Assembly: GCF_006345805.1 (NCBI RefSeq)
Contig: NC_042997.1
Span: 177,320,001 to 177,384,000, forward strand
DNA: 64,000 nt
Direction of reading: 5' to 3'
Source: Octopus sinensis
Taxonomy: Eukaryota
Below the pieces are notes generated by a model. It worked only from the letters and a program-made list of their open reading frames with translations, did no database searches and had not been told where the DNA came from. The position numbers and the translations under genes were made by a program. Positions 24,401-39,090 of this stretch are shown piece after piece; the stretch's first letter is position 1, and the number at the start of each line of letters is the position of its first letter.

Positions 24401-25590
24401 CAACAAATTATATATCTCGCATTCTACACAGATGCGATCCATTAAAACATACACCACGCTGCAGTTTCTGTACATATACATAACAACCAAGTACGCAACA
24501 TATACAATACTAATAACACCCAAACAACAACACAGTTCATATTGTAACATATTCTACACAACAGGCCAGACACTAAAACAATGCGAGATACAACATAGTA
24601 AATCTCAGAATACTGCAAACCAATTCTGTCTACAGAAAACACGGAAATGCATCTATTGATGCATTAGAACATGGAGAATGCAATAAATGATGCATTAGAA
24701 AATCGGATAAAACTTCTAAAAACACTGTGGTAAATATCAACTTTTTATAAGACACAGTACTATACAGGACTGCATCAGTCTGTCAGTCCTAAAATACATG
24801 ATACTGCGAAAATCGTACTAACTTGGATTACATTCATTTTGAGGGAAAATGAGGAGCTCTCTGATGTAAGGGAGAGAAGATTGGGAGTTTGATTTGTTTT
24901 TGGAACAGGATAATGAATTACAAATAATTTTTAACGTAGGCACAAGACTAGAAATTTGAGGAAAAGGGTCAACTGATTAAATAGACTCCAGTACTTGATT
25001 GGTACTCTGTTTTTATCGACAGGGGTACGATAAGAGGCAAACTTGAACTCGACGGTGTTTGGACTCAAATAATACGGAGTAATAGCTAAATATCACAAAG
25101 CATTTTGTCCAAGGCTATTGTCGATTTTGCCGAATATTACATGCACATATGCACACAGATGCACTCACACACACACACACACACACCACACACACACAAT
25201 ACACAAAAGCATATATACTAACATGTACACATATTTGTATGTTTATATATGTATACATGTAGACATACATGCATATATACATACACACACACACACATAT
25301 ATATACATACATATGTATGCATGTATGTATGTGTATGTGTGTGTGTGTTTGTGTGTGTGTGCGTATGTGCGTGTAGGCGTGTATGTATATATGTTTAAAG
25401 AGCATTCATTGAAGAAAAATTCCTCCTTTGATGATTTAAAGAATGAAGGAAAAGTAGACATATAAATAGACATGTAGACAAATAACCTAATAGATAGATT
25501 GACAAATTGATACGTAGATACAGATATGAAATCAGACAAACATGTAGATAAATCGATATATTTATATATATACATATATATAAAAGTATA

Positions 25591-25632
<42 letters not shown>

Positions 25633-25742
25633 ATATATTATATATATATACATAAATAATAATAAATTAGGGAGTATATCCAAACTTACAGGGAAAAATT
25701 AGATTTAGGATTAAATCAAATTTTACAGTAAAAATATAAATG

Positions 25743-26188
25743 AAATTAGAGATAAAACCACTATTAGGCAAATCAAGCAGTGAAAGACATAAACCAAAAC
25801 ATAAAAATAAATATTAATATAATATACAAAATAAATAAAATACAAAATTTAAAATTTAAATTATTCTAATTTAAAATTTAAAATTTATATTTATAAATTT
25901 TTATATTTTTATATTTTAAAAAAATACTTATTATATTATATTAAACTTTTTAATGCTTTTTGATAGTATAAAAAATTAATTAATTAAAAAATTAAAAGTT
26001 TAAAAATTTATAAAGTTAAACGTTAAAAAATATAAAAGTATAAAATTTATAAATATAATTTAAAATTTAGATATTTAAATTTTAAATTTGTATTTTATTT
26101 ATTTTGTATATTATATTAATTATATTTATTTTATGTTTTGTTTTATGCCTTTCACTGATTTGCCTAACAGTGGGTTTATCTCTAATTT
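25743..26188. repeat. AT-rich inverted repeat (arms about 170-180 bp)
   Basis: AAATTAGAGATAAAACCACTATTAGGCAAATC..GTGAAAGACATAAACCAAAACATAAAA is mirrored at about 26020-26188. Confidence 0.85.
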
Positions 26189-26200
26189 ATATATATAATT

Positions 26201-26282
<82 letters not shown>

Positions 26283-26361
26283 TTGTATATACATATATAT
26301 ATATATGTATATATATAGTATGTATACATATATATGTATAATGTATATGTATATACAATAC

Positions 26362-26402
<41 letters not shown>

Positions 26403-26749
26403 CACACATATATATACGTATATATATGTATGTATACATATATGTATATAGTATATGTATAACATATATATATATATATATATCTATATATATATACACA
26501 CACACATAATAATATATACATACATACATATATAGATAGATACATAGATAAATAGATAGCCAAGTTGTCGAAGTTAGCTGTAATAAACTGACAACAAAGG
26601 CTAGAAAATTGATAAATATACATGCAACTGAAAGACAGGGTGAAATAGTAAGGGTGAAAGAGCTTTATCAAGAAAGAGAAGAAAGGAGACAGAGTCAGAA
26701 GGAGGGAGAAAGAAAGAAAGAAAGAGATAAAGAGATAGAAAGATAGTTT

Positions 26750-26794
<45 letters not shown>

Positions 26795-26795
26795 G

Positions 26796-26882
<87 letters not shown>
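26750..26882. repeat. (GATA)n microsatellite
   Basis: Direct reading. Confidence 0.97.
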
Positions 26883-26883
<1 letters not shown>

Positions 26884-27204
26884 GCGAAAGAGAGAGAAAG
26901 GAATAAACCCATGCGAGAATAGAAAAAGAAGGCAATAGATCGTTATAAATTGCTCGTTTTTAAGGGAATGATAAGGACTTAAGGACTACTAAATCATAAT
27001 TTCATCACTGTTTTATGGTTTATGGTGTTTTCTAAGTAAATAACAGGTCGACAAACGTATAAGAGATGGGACTAAGATAGTGGGACGTCTATGCCTGTGG
27101 AAAAGGCGTTATCGATAGAAAATACAGTTTGACTGGCTTAACTGTTAATCGAGTTTTGGTTTTACTGTGCTCGAGATACGATAATGCAAAGACTGACGTC
27201 TAAC

Positions 27205-28800
27205 GCTGGCACAATTCAAAACATTTGGATGTAGGTTGGGTGGTGGGAATTTCAAAGATGGTTTAATCGAATCCAAACTTCTTGAAATTCATTTTATCGA
27301 TTCCGGTAGGATGAAAGAGTTGAGCTGAATTCTTAAATATAAAGTATTTTGTTCAACTACTATTTCTGTCATCTATCAGGACAAGGCCACAGATTTTTTA
27401 GGAAAGGAGAAGAAATGAATTAATTTGGATCTTAGCATGGGACATGTGCCTGTTTTATCGACTGGAGGGGGATGAGTGGTACAATTGATCTTAGTAGAAA
27501 AACTAAGTCGACCAAAGTCTTATTTGAATTACAATGAAGCATTTTGATAGGCGTTCAACCGATTCTTCAACTCTACTGTCCTTACAATTATGATTCCTTA
27601 CACAGACACAAGACTACATATTGTGCAGAGAGGTAACAGTCGATTATATCGATCTCAGTATTTGACTGCTAAATATTTTATTGACCTCGGAGCGATGAAA
27701 TGCGACCTCGGCGAGATTTGAACTCAGAACGTAATGTGCCATTACTAATTATTGTAAAGTATTTTACCCGCCACTTTTATGATCCCATACTCCAAGGTCC
27801 TCAAAATAATATCGTAATAATTATTTGCCACAGTTTGAAACAAATAACATGGGAAGTTGAGACCGCTCTATAGTTCCATCTGAAAACTGACACTTAATTT
27901 CGAAATTTGAATCTACTCCCAGCATTAAATTGTTCGTCTCAACATCCATAACTAAAAGTATATATCGCGTTTTGTTTTTGAGAATTTAAAATAACCTCAA
28001 TTATGCAAATTTTGTATTTGCTGAGTATTGGGTAGGATGGAACAAAATTAACTTGGTGGGTGTAGATCCCTGTTGATCGATGATGAGAATGCAGTGGTTC
28101 AGTCAAGTGAATTATCTGTTCCTGATTTACCGTGCAAGTCAATGAGTATTCTACAGAAGCGTGTACTCTTAGTGTAATTTTCAGTCAAACTCAGCATGGA
28201 ACAGTGTGTGGCTCGGTGGTACCTTCTGAATAACTGGTACAATCCACCCAATGGGATTCTAATCAGTTTCCGTCAGCCCCAATTTCATTCACAAGTTTAT
28301 GGGTTGATCCGAGATTACAGAAAACGATATTTGCTCAGGTTGTGAAAGGAACTTCTTAAACATTCGGCTGTATTACTCATACCGCATATAACTAAACCCT
28401 ACATAAAAACGCCTTCATTTCAATATCAGTAACATAAATAGTGATTTCTAGAGAAGAAGCGTTGAGGATTAAATCCAACGCAGTACATTAATGGTATTTA
28501 TTTATTTATTTAAATGAGACGTATAAGGAATTAAATGTACAGTCGATCCGTTGTATTTGAACTCAGCATCTAGAAGTACGTAAAGGGAATGATTTTAGTC
28601 AAGCAATCAACTAGCAATTTTGAAAGCTTCATCAGCCTTCTGAATACCGATTACCAATATCGGCACAAGGTTTCATATTTCACTGGAGTGCAGACGATGG
28701 ATTTGACTCTAGCATTTAATTTATCGCATATCAGGAAAAATAAACAATAAAATCGAATAAGCGGGACGCAAAAGAACATAACGAAATACTGCAATACTTT
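27205..28800 (-). mobile_element. Cluster of old degenerate SINE A/B-like copies
   Basis: Repeated TTTATCGA..GGATGAAA and GACCTCGGCGAGATTTGAACTCAGAACG motifs. B-like segment at 28260-28340. Confidence 0.6.
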
Positions 28801-29000
28801 TTAACAGACTGTATTGATTCTATCAGTTATTACCATGAAGGAAACAAACAAAAACAACAACAGAAAAATAATTTAGTTAAAAATTTGGACAATAAATATT
28901 TGAAGACGCCATTTCTTTTTTTGTAATGCAGTAAAGTAGTGCGTTAGTACGATCAGGTCACAGTTATTCGACGAAAGAGAGTGGTTCTTAACTAGATAGA

Positions 29001-29135
<135 letters not shown>

Positions 29136-29485
29136 TAGTTTTATGCAAGGTTCTACAGCGTCATCAGGTACATTTCTGTTCCTGAGGAGTGTGCAACATC
29201 GCAACATTTTTCTGGAGATTGGAGGAGTGTAGACTCCTCGTGTTGTTGTACTGCATCAGTTTGTTTTGTTATGGGGTTTATTTTCAATTTCTTGTTATAT
29301 TGGGGTATTTTCTGTTGTGCGCCGTGTCTGTCATGTGTTATTTTTTGGGTGTTAATCTTGTATAGTAGATATTGTGCGAATTGTGTTGTTTTAGATCATT
29401 AGTGGCTTATTCTATAGGATGTGTGCTGTGTGGGAAGATTGTTCTATTTGAGCTGTTCTTTTGAATTGCTGTGTACTTCTACTGG
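29136..29485 (-). mobile_element. R4/Dong-like 3' end (ORF end plus 3'UTR) abutting (AAT)n
   Basis: The minus strand translates ..HTAHIL.., followed by an AC-rich UTR and then (AAT)n. Confidence 0.5.
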
Positions 29486-30397
29486 ATACAACGAATCTAC
29501 AACAAAATTTGATGTTTGTTAATATTGACTACTTTTATGCACTAAAAAATCTAAAAAAACAAAATAAAACAAAAAATTCTATAATTTTTATTTTGGATCG
29601 AAGGAAGTTAAACGCTTATATGTTTCTGAGTTTGATCCTATTTGATGGTAACTCGAAGACGTATCGTCTGCTAAGGCTTCGAGTTGACTCAAGCTTTGTA
29701 TGTGAAATAGAGTAGACGGAAACAAAGTAAATCCCGCTTATTAAACAGCATTTGAGGTGATTAAATAATTAATCATTCGGTTTAACACCTTTGGGGACCT
29801 TAAGCGGAGTCCAATATTTTGAAAGCATTCAGAAGAGGACTCTGCAGCGAAGACAAACCATAAATGATGATTTGAGCAAAATAAATAAATGAATAAATAA
29901 ATAATTAAATAATTAAATAAATAAAAACAAATAAAACACCCGCCCTCTGATTATTTCATTATTTTTTTTTTAGTCCCATCGCAAAAATTAAGATCTATCG
30001 TCAAGATAATCGTATAATTCTGAGAGACAGAAATTTAGATTTTTTTTTTATCTTATCATTTTTTAAAATTATTTTTTTAATGAATTTCTTGATGAAAACT
30101 AAACAAAATAGTCCACATGTATCTATTTGTCTTTTTAGCTATCAAAAAAAAAAAAAAAAATATAGATAACAAGCCTAACATGCATACACACACGAATACA
30201 GGTGTGCATGCAAGTTTTTGTTTGTATGTATTCGGAAATAACTGTAGAAACAGGTGTGTGCAATGCGCGCGCGCACACACACACACACACTCATGTATGT
30301 ATGTTTGTATATGTATATGCATATTTACACACACATATACATCTGTAGCTTATATATTATGTCCATACATTACAGAAATACATATGTATAAGCATAT

Positions 30398-30489
<92 letters not shown>

Positions 30490-30900
30490 CATTCATTTCA
30501 TCCATTCATATATAAATGTACACACATATAAATGCATATATGTACACATGTATATATGTATATATGTGTTTTTATATGTTTATTCATATATATACATATA
30601 TACACTCACTCATAAACACGTGTACACACATATATGAATGCATGTAAATAATGCGCATAGTCATATATATGCATATCTATGCGCATATGTATGACAGAGA
30701 TAGTGAGATAGAGAGAGGGACAGAGAGAGGCAGAGAGTGTATGTGCGTACATTTATTTACTTTTGGATTTACGTACATTGGCGTGTCATATTTTGTGCTA
30801 ATGTACATATATATCTAATAAATATGTATATACATATACATACGCCCGTATATATATATATATATAGGTATGTATATATATATGTATATATCTAAATATA

Positions 30901-30931
<31 letters not shown>

Positions 30932-30959
30932 ATATATATATGTACATATTTGTATGTAC

Positions 30960-31120
30960 TCTTGCACACATGTTTATGCTTACTGGGTACAGGTTTTCTT
31001 TCAAGCATGTTATATTAAAGACACGACTGTGTTCGAATTCAAACTTTTTTATTAATTTTTTTTTCATTTTATCCTTTTTTTTTCTTGAGTTTAGTTTCAG
31101 ACAATAATATATGTAAGACA
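30960..31120 (-). mobile_element. Possible Penelope-like ORF N-terminal fragment
   Basis: [29 protein letters not shown] resembles the FN.TCL.ENL.P motif recalled from PLE ORF starts. It sits next to (TA)n. Confidence 0.4.
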
Positions 31121-32346
31121 TTAACGTTTCAAGGCGTTCTTAATCAGTTTTATCTTCTGAATGACATATTGGTAGTGATATGCTTTTTGCCACGTCTTGT
31201 ATATTAAGCAGCAAAGGATCACGGGAACACGCACACACACATCTATATACTTATATCAAACTTATTCACATATATGTATATGTTATATTCTTTACTTACA
31301 TATAATTTGCTGGACAGTCAATCGCAAATTTTTACTAGGGATGGTGGCCACGATACTGAAATAATTGCCAAATGTAAGTTACAGACATACAGGGCGATAT
31401 AGGTGAAGTGAACCATTGTTTGTGCTGGATATTGTCACCGCATATTTTAGCAACCTCAGAGATTCTTATTCCAATGTTTAGCGGTGATCAAGCCAAGTAC
31501 ACAATGTTCCGGAGTGAATCATTAAAAATGATAAAGCCAAAATGCCCTCGTTGCTCTCTGTTGAAATTCTGGAAAGAAAATCGTTTGCTGTGTTTTTGCT
31601 TCTCGCTCTCATCAAATACTCATATATTTATTGTGTTGCAGGCGACCGATTCGCACTGATTATCTCACTAATATTCTACAACCTTTATCTTAAAAGCGTG
31701 CTGTCTTCTCTTTTTACTTATTTCATTAATCCTACAAAGCTCTTTGCATTTTTGAATTAAGCTATCGCATATTAGTCCCGCTCAAGCTAATTCGTCACAC
31801 ATTCTTTCGCTACGCCTATAGTGTTCAACCCACTCCTTATACACCATATCAATCATATTTTAACAAAGCGTCAACTCCTTGAACTTCCCACATTCCCCAC
31901 GTATTTTCATCTTGATGTCGAGTTGCAAATGTTCAAAACGGAAACCAGCCATGTTATTAGACTTGTCTGGGCGGGCTTGCAAAGGTTGTAGGCTGTCTTT
32001 GTCCTATCAAACGACAAAAGAAACTCTGCTAGCTGAATGGTCAAGGCTTTACCCAATAGGCATCAAGCTGTAACTGTGCACATAACTTTCAATGGTTTTG
32101 TGTATTTAGCAGCAAATTGACAGCATCTAAAGTTACATCATAACGTTTTATGAAATATATTCACGTAACAAACACATAGACCATATGAACAAAGTTTCTT
32201 TGTAAACTAATGTACTTTAAGCAATCCTTCAAAACGCTTTTTGTTCTTCAGAGGACTTATGGGTATGATAACCAATTGAATTGTGATCTCAACTTTGTGT
32301 GGGCTTATCAGCTTCGGCGAAGTAAAAACCACACAAAGTCATAGTA

Positions 32347-32397
<51 letters not shown>

Positions 32398-33030
32398 CTC
32401 CACTTCTCTTTGTGTACACGCACACAGACATATGTATATGCATGTATGTATGCATGTATATATGTATGTATGTTTGTATTTATTTATGTATGTATGTATT
32501 TACAGATGTATGTACGTATATTCAAAGCACCTGTCTTTAGTGCTCTGCTGATTACCTCAGCCTCACCAGTCTATCAAATATGGCCTTTCTCTTTCGATAA
32601 AAGAGCAGAACAGCTATGCTTGTCCCATCAATACGCCAATATATACGTGCTCAGATAGTACACAAGCCTTTGGTCATTGCACATGGCTATACATTGGATT
32701 AAATATCGAGACATAGCATCAAATTATGAACGGCACACTATTTTGAATGAGTGATGGAGGATGGGAATTGTATAGTTGACATCACGCTCGCGCGCACACA
32801 CTACACACACACAAACACACACACAAACACACACACTCAGAGACAAACACACACACACACACAGACACATACACAGACACACACACTGGCATAAAAGCAT
32901 GCTGGGGAAAACGCACGTAAACTGACACTTGCACACATGTACATGCACGCAACCGTCACGCAGGCCCAAACAGATATCACCAACACCACCAAAACCGCCA
33001 CCACCACTACCACCACCATCATCGTCGTCG

Positions 33031-33075
<45 letters not shown>

Positions 33076-33339
33076 CCATCATCATCATCACCACCTTCAT
33101 CACCATTGTCATTACTAGCACCAGTTATCTGCTCTTTATTATCTATCTACAATGTGCTATCGCTAAATAATCGTTTGATTTTGATATTTTTAAAATTCGT
33201 TTTATTTAAGTATTTATTCATTACATTAATTCAGGTTCTTCTTTTCTCTTTTGTTTTTCCTTTTATTCTTTCTTAAAATTCTTGGAAATTCTTATTATAT
33301 AATTACAAAACATTATTTCGTGTCTCTTATATATATATA

Positions 33340-33428
<89 letters not shown>

Positions 33429-33754
33429 TATATGTATATGTATAAGTATATGTATGTGTCTGTGCTTATGTGGTCTCTGTTTGTGCATATATGCATATGT
33501 TTGTAGATATACAAATATATGTGGGTACATACATACATACACACATACACACACACATATGTGTATGCAATATTTACTTATTTGTCTACAATTTACCTTT
33601 TTTTTTTTAAAAATCTGAATGTTAATTTCTTAACCAATTCGAAAATTCAGTTTCGAATTTAAGAAGAAAAAAATACCGAAGAAAGTATACAAAAAAAAAA
33701 AAATACAAACACCAGGTACAATAGAAAGAACCACATTGATAACAATAGCAACAA

Positions 33755-33756
<2 letters not shown>

Positions 33757-33812
<56 letters not shown>

Positions 33813-33830
33813 TGCAGCAACAGCAGTAGC
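33757..33830. repeat. (CAG)n microsatellite
   Basis: Direct reading; no coding context. Confidence 0.95.
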
Positions 33831-33964
33831 AGCAGATACATAAGAAATCTGAATAAAAGCGAATGTAAAACTACAAAACAACTCAAAACCGAATTATCAA
33901 GCGTAGAATCAAAGCTGTATATATAATCTCTTATAGAATAAGTATTTCAGAGTCTTAAAATACA

Positions 33965-33996
33965 CAATAATGATAAGAAGAATGATAATAATGCTA

Positions 33997-34093
<97 letters not shown>

Positions 34094-34436
34094 CAGAATC
34101 TAAAAACAGAAACAATTCCTATCATAGTAGGTGCATTAGGCATGATAAAAAATATTCAGACAAATACATAACAAAAACACCAGGACTTACAAACACATAT
34201 AACATACAGAAAATTGCACTACTAGGCACTGCACACATCCTACGCAGAACACTTTCCATACAATAACCATCAGAGCATCACAACAAATCACAGCACATAC
34301 CCAAGGCATACAGAGCTGCGCTCGGTAGTGAAGTGAAAGCACGATATAAAAATAAAACTACTGAATGATAATAATAATAATAATAATATTAATAATAATA
34401 CCAATGATAAGGATAATAATTATAATAATGATTATG

Positions 34437-34470
<34 letters not shown>

Positions 34471-34500
34471 TGATAATAATAAGAGTAGTAGTAGTAGTAA

Positions 34501-34541
<41 letters not shown>

Positions 34542-34574
34542 GTAATAATAATAATAGCAACAATAATAATAATG

Positions 34575-34617
<43 letters not shown>

Positions 34618-34800
34618 CAATAATACAAATAACAACAACAACAATCACAACACAGCAATAATAACAATAACAATAATAACAATAATAGCTATAATAACAA
34701 CAATAGCTATAATAATTATTATTGTTATTATTATTACTACTATCTTTTGTAGTATTACTGTTATTATTTATGTTATGTTATTATTATTATTATTAGTATT
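33965..34800. repeat. Extended (AAT)n/(AAC)n array hosting a retroelement fragment
   Basis: Direct reading. Confidence 0.9.
34091..34366 (+). mobile_element. Young 5'-truncated R4/Dong-like retrotransposon inside (AAT)n
   Basis: KTETIPIIVGALGMIKKYSDKYITKTPGLTNTYNIQKIALLGTAHILRRTLSIQ* (one frameshift near GMIKK), a short 3'UTR, and (AAT)n on both sides. Confidence 0.8.
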
Positions 34801-35252
34801 ATTGTCATTAATATTATTGTTTATGTTATTACTATATTAATAATAGGAGCAATAATAGTAGTAATGCTTGTATTAACAATAAATAAAGAAATGAATGAAT
34901 GGAAAGAAAATATACAAAATAGCATAAATAAAAAAAAAACATACAAAATAGAATATATTAACCAAATATTGGAATTTACGTTAAATTCCTATACTGCTTT
35001 AATAGTATCAAGTTAACTGGAAATTAAAACAAGACCAGATCCGGTTTTCTTACTTGTATAGACAATAATAACAACGACAAAACACGCCATAAAGAAAACG
35101 GTGTACTGAATTTAAGGTATGTGCTAACAAACGCAAACACATACATATATATTATTATATACATCTAATCGCAACTGTAAATATATGGTATATATTTGTA
35201 CACATACATACGTACACACAAACATACGCACGCACACACACACACACATACA

Positions 35253-35305
<53 letters not shown>

Positions 35306-35470
35306 GCATAATATAAATTTATATTACGCTAAGGCATAAACATACACATACACACACACACATATATATATATATGTACATATATATATGTATATATCTA
35401 TATATATGCATACATATATTCATACATCTTTTTGTATGTATACACACTCACACACACATTATATATATGA

Positions 35471-35566
<96 letters not shown>

Positions 35567-35790
35567 TATATCTTATATATATATATATATATAATAATCT
35601 GTATATATATATATATATATATATATAACATATGAAGCATCTAAATAAGTAGATAATTTACGGACTGATACATACTGAGTAAATATGTAGAAAATAATTG
35701 AATATGTACATACTTAGAATATATATATATATATATATAAACATACATGCATATATATGTATATATATATATATATATAATTATATATAT

Positions 35791-35824
<34 letters not shown>

Positions 35825-36861
35825 ATATATATTATATATATATACACATACATATAAATATATTGTATACACTCATACATGCATACACACTACTTATATA
35901 TATAAAGACACTTGAATAAGATATTAAAGATAGTTATTACAATATCAGAACAGACCCTTCTCTCTAATACGCTGGTAGATTAAATGTTGCTTCCATCCAT
36001 CCAGTCATTTATTCATGCATACATCTAGTAATGAAGCATTCATTGATCAATGAATCTATTCATCAAGCTACGAAATCATTTATTCAAAATCAATCAAAAC
36101 TTAATTAATACAACCAACCAACGCTCAATCTGTCTATTCGTCCACTAGAATCAACAATGTAACCATGCATCCACCTAATATTTTTTTGATCCGTCGACGA
36201 ATCCACCCTGTAATCCATTCAACCATCCCTCCCTCCCTCCATCCATCCATGCATGAATCTGTTCGCTCATGCATTCATTCACCCAGCCAGTCAGATATCC
36301 ATAAATTTTATTAATCCTACCTTGCATACCCCTAACGTTATTTACTCTCTTCTTTCCAACTATGTACACACCTTTCCATTATTTATTTACACAGGCACAC
36401 ATGTACACAAACACATTCAGTTATACACATACAAGTATACACATGTACATATATATAAATATATATAGTGACGTACATATGTCCATACACGCATATGTTG
36501 AGAGCAAACTGATTTGCACAAAATAATCTCTGCTCAAAACATCATATCCCCTGAAAGGTTTCAAATTAATTTGGCAAACAAATTTTATAGCGTTCATATT
36601 TTCACAAGAGCTTCGACTATTGTAAATAAACTAAAATATCAATAATGTCGAATTGAAACCGTGTCATCTGTTTTACAACGCTCGATTTCATAATGTGGCA
36701 ATTGTAATTATTTCCGCATAGATTACTTCTACCCTTCAATCCAATCAATACTTGCAAGAATCTCACCTGTTTTTTTTTTTTAACATTCTCTATTTAATGA
36801 AGAACCTAAGTGTTTTACACATTTTCTAGCTTTCCCAATACGAGTAATAAATTCTAAAACA

Positions 36862-36881
36862 TCTATCTATCTATCTATCTA

Positions 36882-36948
<67 letters not shown>

Positions 36949-36950
36949 AT
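36862..36950. repeat. (TATC)n microsatellite
   Basis: Direct reading. Confidence 0.95.
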
Positions 36951-37964
36951 CTATAGAATGAGAAAGAGAGTCAGAGAGGAAGAACAAAGCCAAGTGATTA
37001 TGAAGAATCGGAACTAGTAACGATTATGTATCTCCAAGGAGTATTAATAAGGGAATTAAGTAAAATAGCTCTCGATCAGAAACAGAAGCCTAAAAACAAC
37101 AACAACAACAACAACAACATCAAGAACAACTATGTCAGATAATCAGATTTCACGAGTCTTATGCATCCACTATGCACGATATTCCGATATTGTTTGCTTT
37201 TCTACGAGGCACAATGCTATATTATTTTACTGTAAAAGTTTGTAAGTGGACGGGATATAGCCGATTGGTTCAACTCCAACCTTTTATTGGTATCATACAC
37301 ACACACATATACATGCATACATACATACATACATACATACATACATACATACATACATACATACATACATGCAAATATCGACTCTGGAGGGATAAGATAC
37401 AATGCAGGCCCTTGGAAAGACACCAAGCTAGATACTTCGACAGCAATTATTTAATCCTTTTCTGTAATATTCTGTAACATATCAAACAACTTGCACAATA
37501 TCAATGCAATATTTACTATAATTTTAATTCCTTACCGAAAACCTAGGTCAATGTGTATAATTGTTTGAATCACTCCCTAGTACATTACTGATATATACAT
37601 TGTTTTCCTTCGGGGATGAAAATCAAGGCCTGTCTCAATGGCATTCGACCTTTAAACCAAGAGAGATTTAATTTACATGCATATTGTTATATGGTTATAT
37701 GTATGTTTTCGTTCCGGCACTCAACAGTCTCAATTTCTTCCATCGTCAAAACTACTCAACAGTATTTATATCATGCTTATTACGACATAGAACTAAATTT
37801 CATGGACAAGACAATCCAGGTGACCGAGTCAAATCCAGTGCAGTCGTTCACAGAAAGGTTCGAGTTTCCCAACCGACCTTAACAGCTCATAACCACACTA
37901 AAAGGAATTGATACAATATGAGAGAAAGTTCTGCAGAGATAGTTTCCAAAAGGTGTATATATAT

Positions 37965-37999
<35 letters not shown>

Positions 38000-38689
38000 C
38001 TATATATATATATATGTATGTATATATCGGTAATATTAATGAGGTAAGTTAGAAGAAATGCCTTTTTCTACTAATTACTATTACTACTGTTATTATTATG
38101 ATTATTATACTGTTCTATGCATTACCAAAAATGCTTTATTCGTATGCGCGAGCGCGTATCTATTTGTAAGAAAGATATCGGTTAACTGAAATTATTCCCG
38201 CATGCAATTTGTAAACTCTAGCCATTGGGTGTTTAAAATATAATTACAACCAAAAAGGGAAGTAACTCCATTGAAATCAGTTAACCAAATTGTTTTGAAA
38301 TATGAAGACGACGCAGATGGAACTGTCTTCAAAGAATTGATAGGTTAAACTATTGATAATTTTCCTCCTTCTGAATCGAACTGGAAATAAAATCTTTATC
38401 TCAAGACATGTCAGTGTACATACACGCTGTATTTATTTCTTGGTATTTGCATTTCTATAAAATAATCATCTTGAATCTACATAATGTTGATTTTTTTTTT
38501 ATATATAAACTCAATACTGATATGATATTGATTTGCTTTAGCGATAGTATATTACCGATACTTATTTCATCAGTTTCAACGGAATGACAAAAAATGACGA
38601 CCATAGTAAGATATAAACTTAGAAAATTGAATTTGAACAGTGAAATATCTTAATTCAAGTGCTTTAATCGTTCAAAGATATTATTAAAT

Positions 38690-39090
38690 ATTGACTTTTA
38701 ACAAGGCAATAAATTTGAAGAAAACGAGCCCCATTAGTTGACTGGTACTTCATTTTATCGACCCTGTTAAGATGACTAGTAAAGGCAATCCCAGTAGGGT
38801 TTGAACTTAGAATGTTAAGACAGGTAACTAAAACATCGGGTGGTCGTCGTTCATCAAATATTGGTTTCAAATATTTGGTATGGGGCCAGCAGTTTCGGGA
38901 AAGAATTGAGTCGGTTATATCGACTCCAGTGCTCAACCGGTACATATTTCATTGCCCCACCCACTCCAAAAAAAAAAAAAAAAAAAAAGAAAGATGAAAG
39001 GCGAAGTCGATATAATTTGAACTCAGAACGTACAGGCGCTAAACATTTTGCCTGGCATGCTATCGAATCTGCCAGCTCGTCGCCTTCGTC
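38690..39090 (-). mobile_element. Two degenerate SINE A2 copies
   Basis: ACTGGTACTTCATTTTATCGACCC and GATGAAAGGCGAAGTCGA..TTTGAACTCAGAACG..TGCCAGCTCGTCGCCTT. Confidence 0.75.

Noticed and set aside
31380-32780. Less AT-rich unique sequence with short ORFs and an acceptor-like TTGTGTTGCAG at about 31641
   Set aside because: No recognisable protein, no matching donor and no consistent frame; it may be regulatory but I cannot support that.
33630-33886. Poly-Ala, poly-Leu or poly-Gln ORFs over (CAG)n; similar poly-Ile/Asn/Asp ORFs at 28992, 34358, 56031 and 63789
   Set aside because: Trinucleotide repeats without splice signals or recognisable flanking protein sequence.
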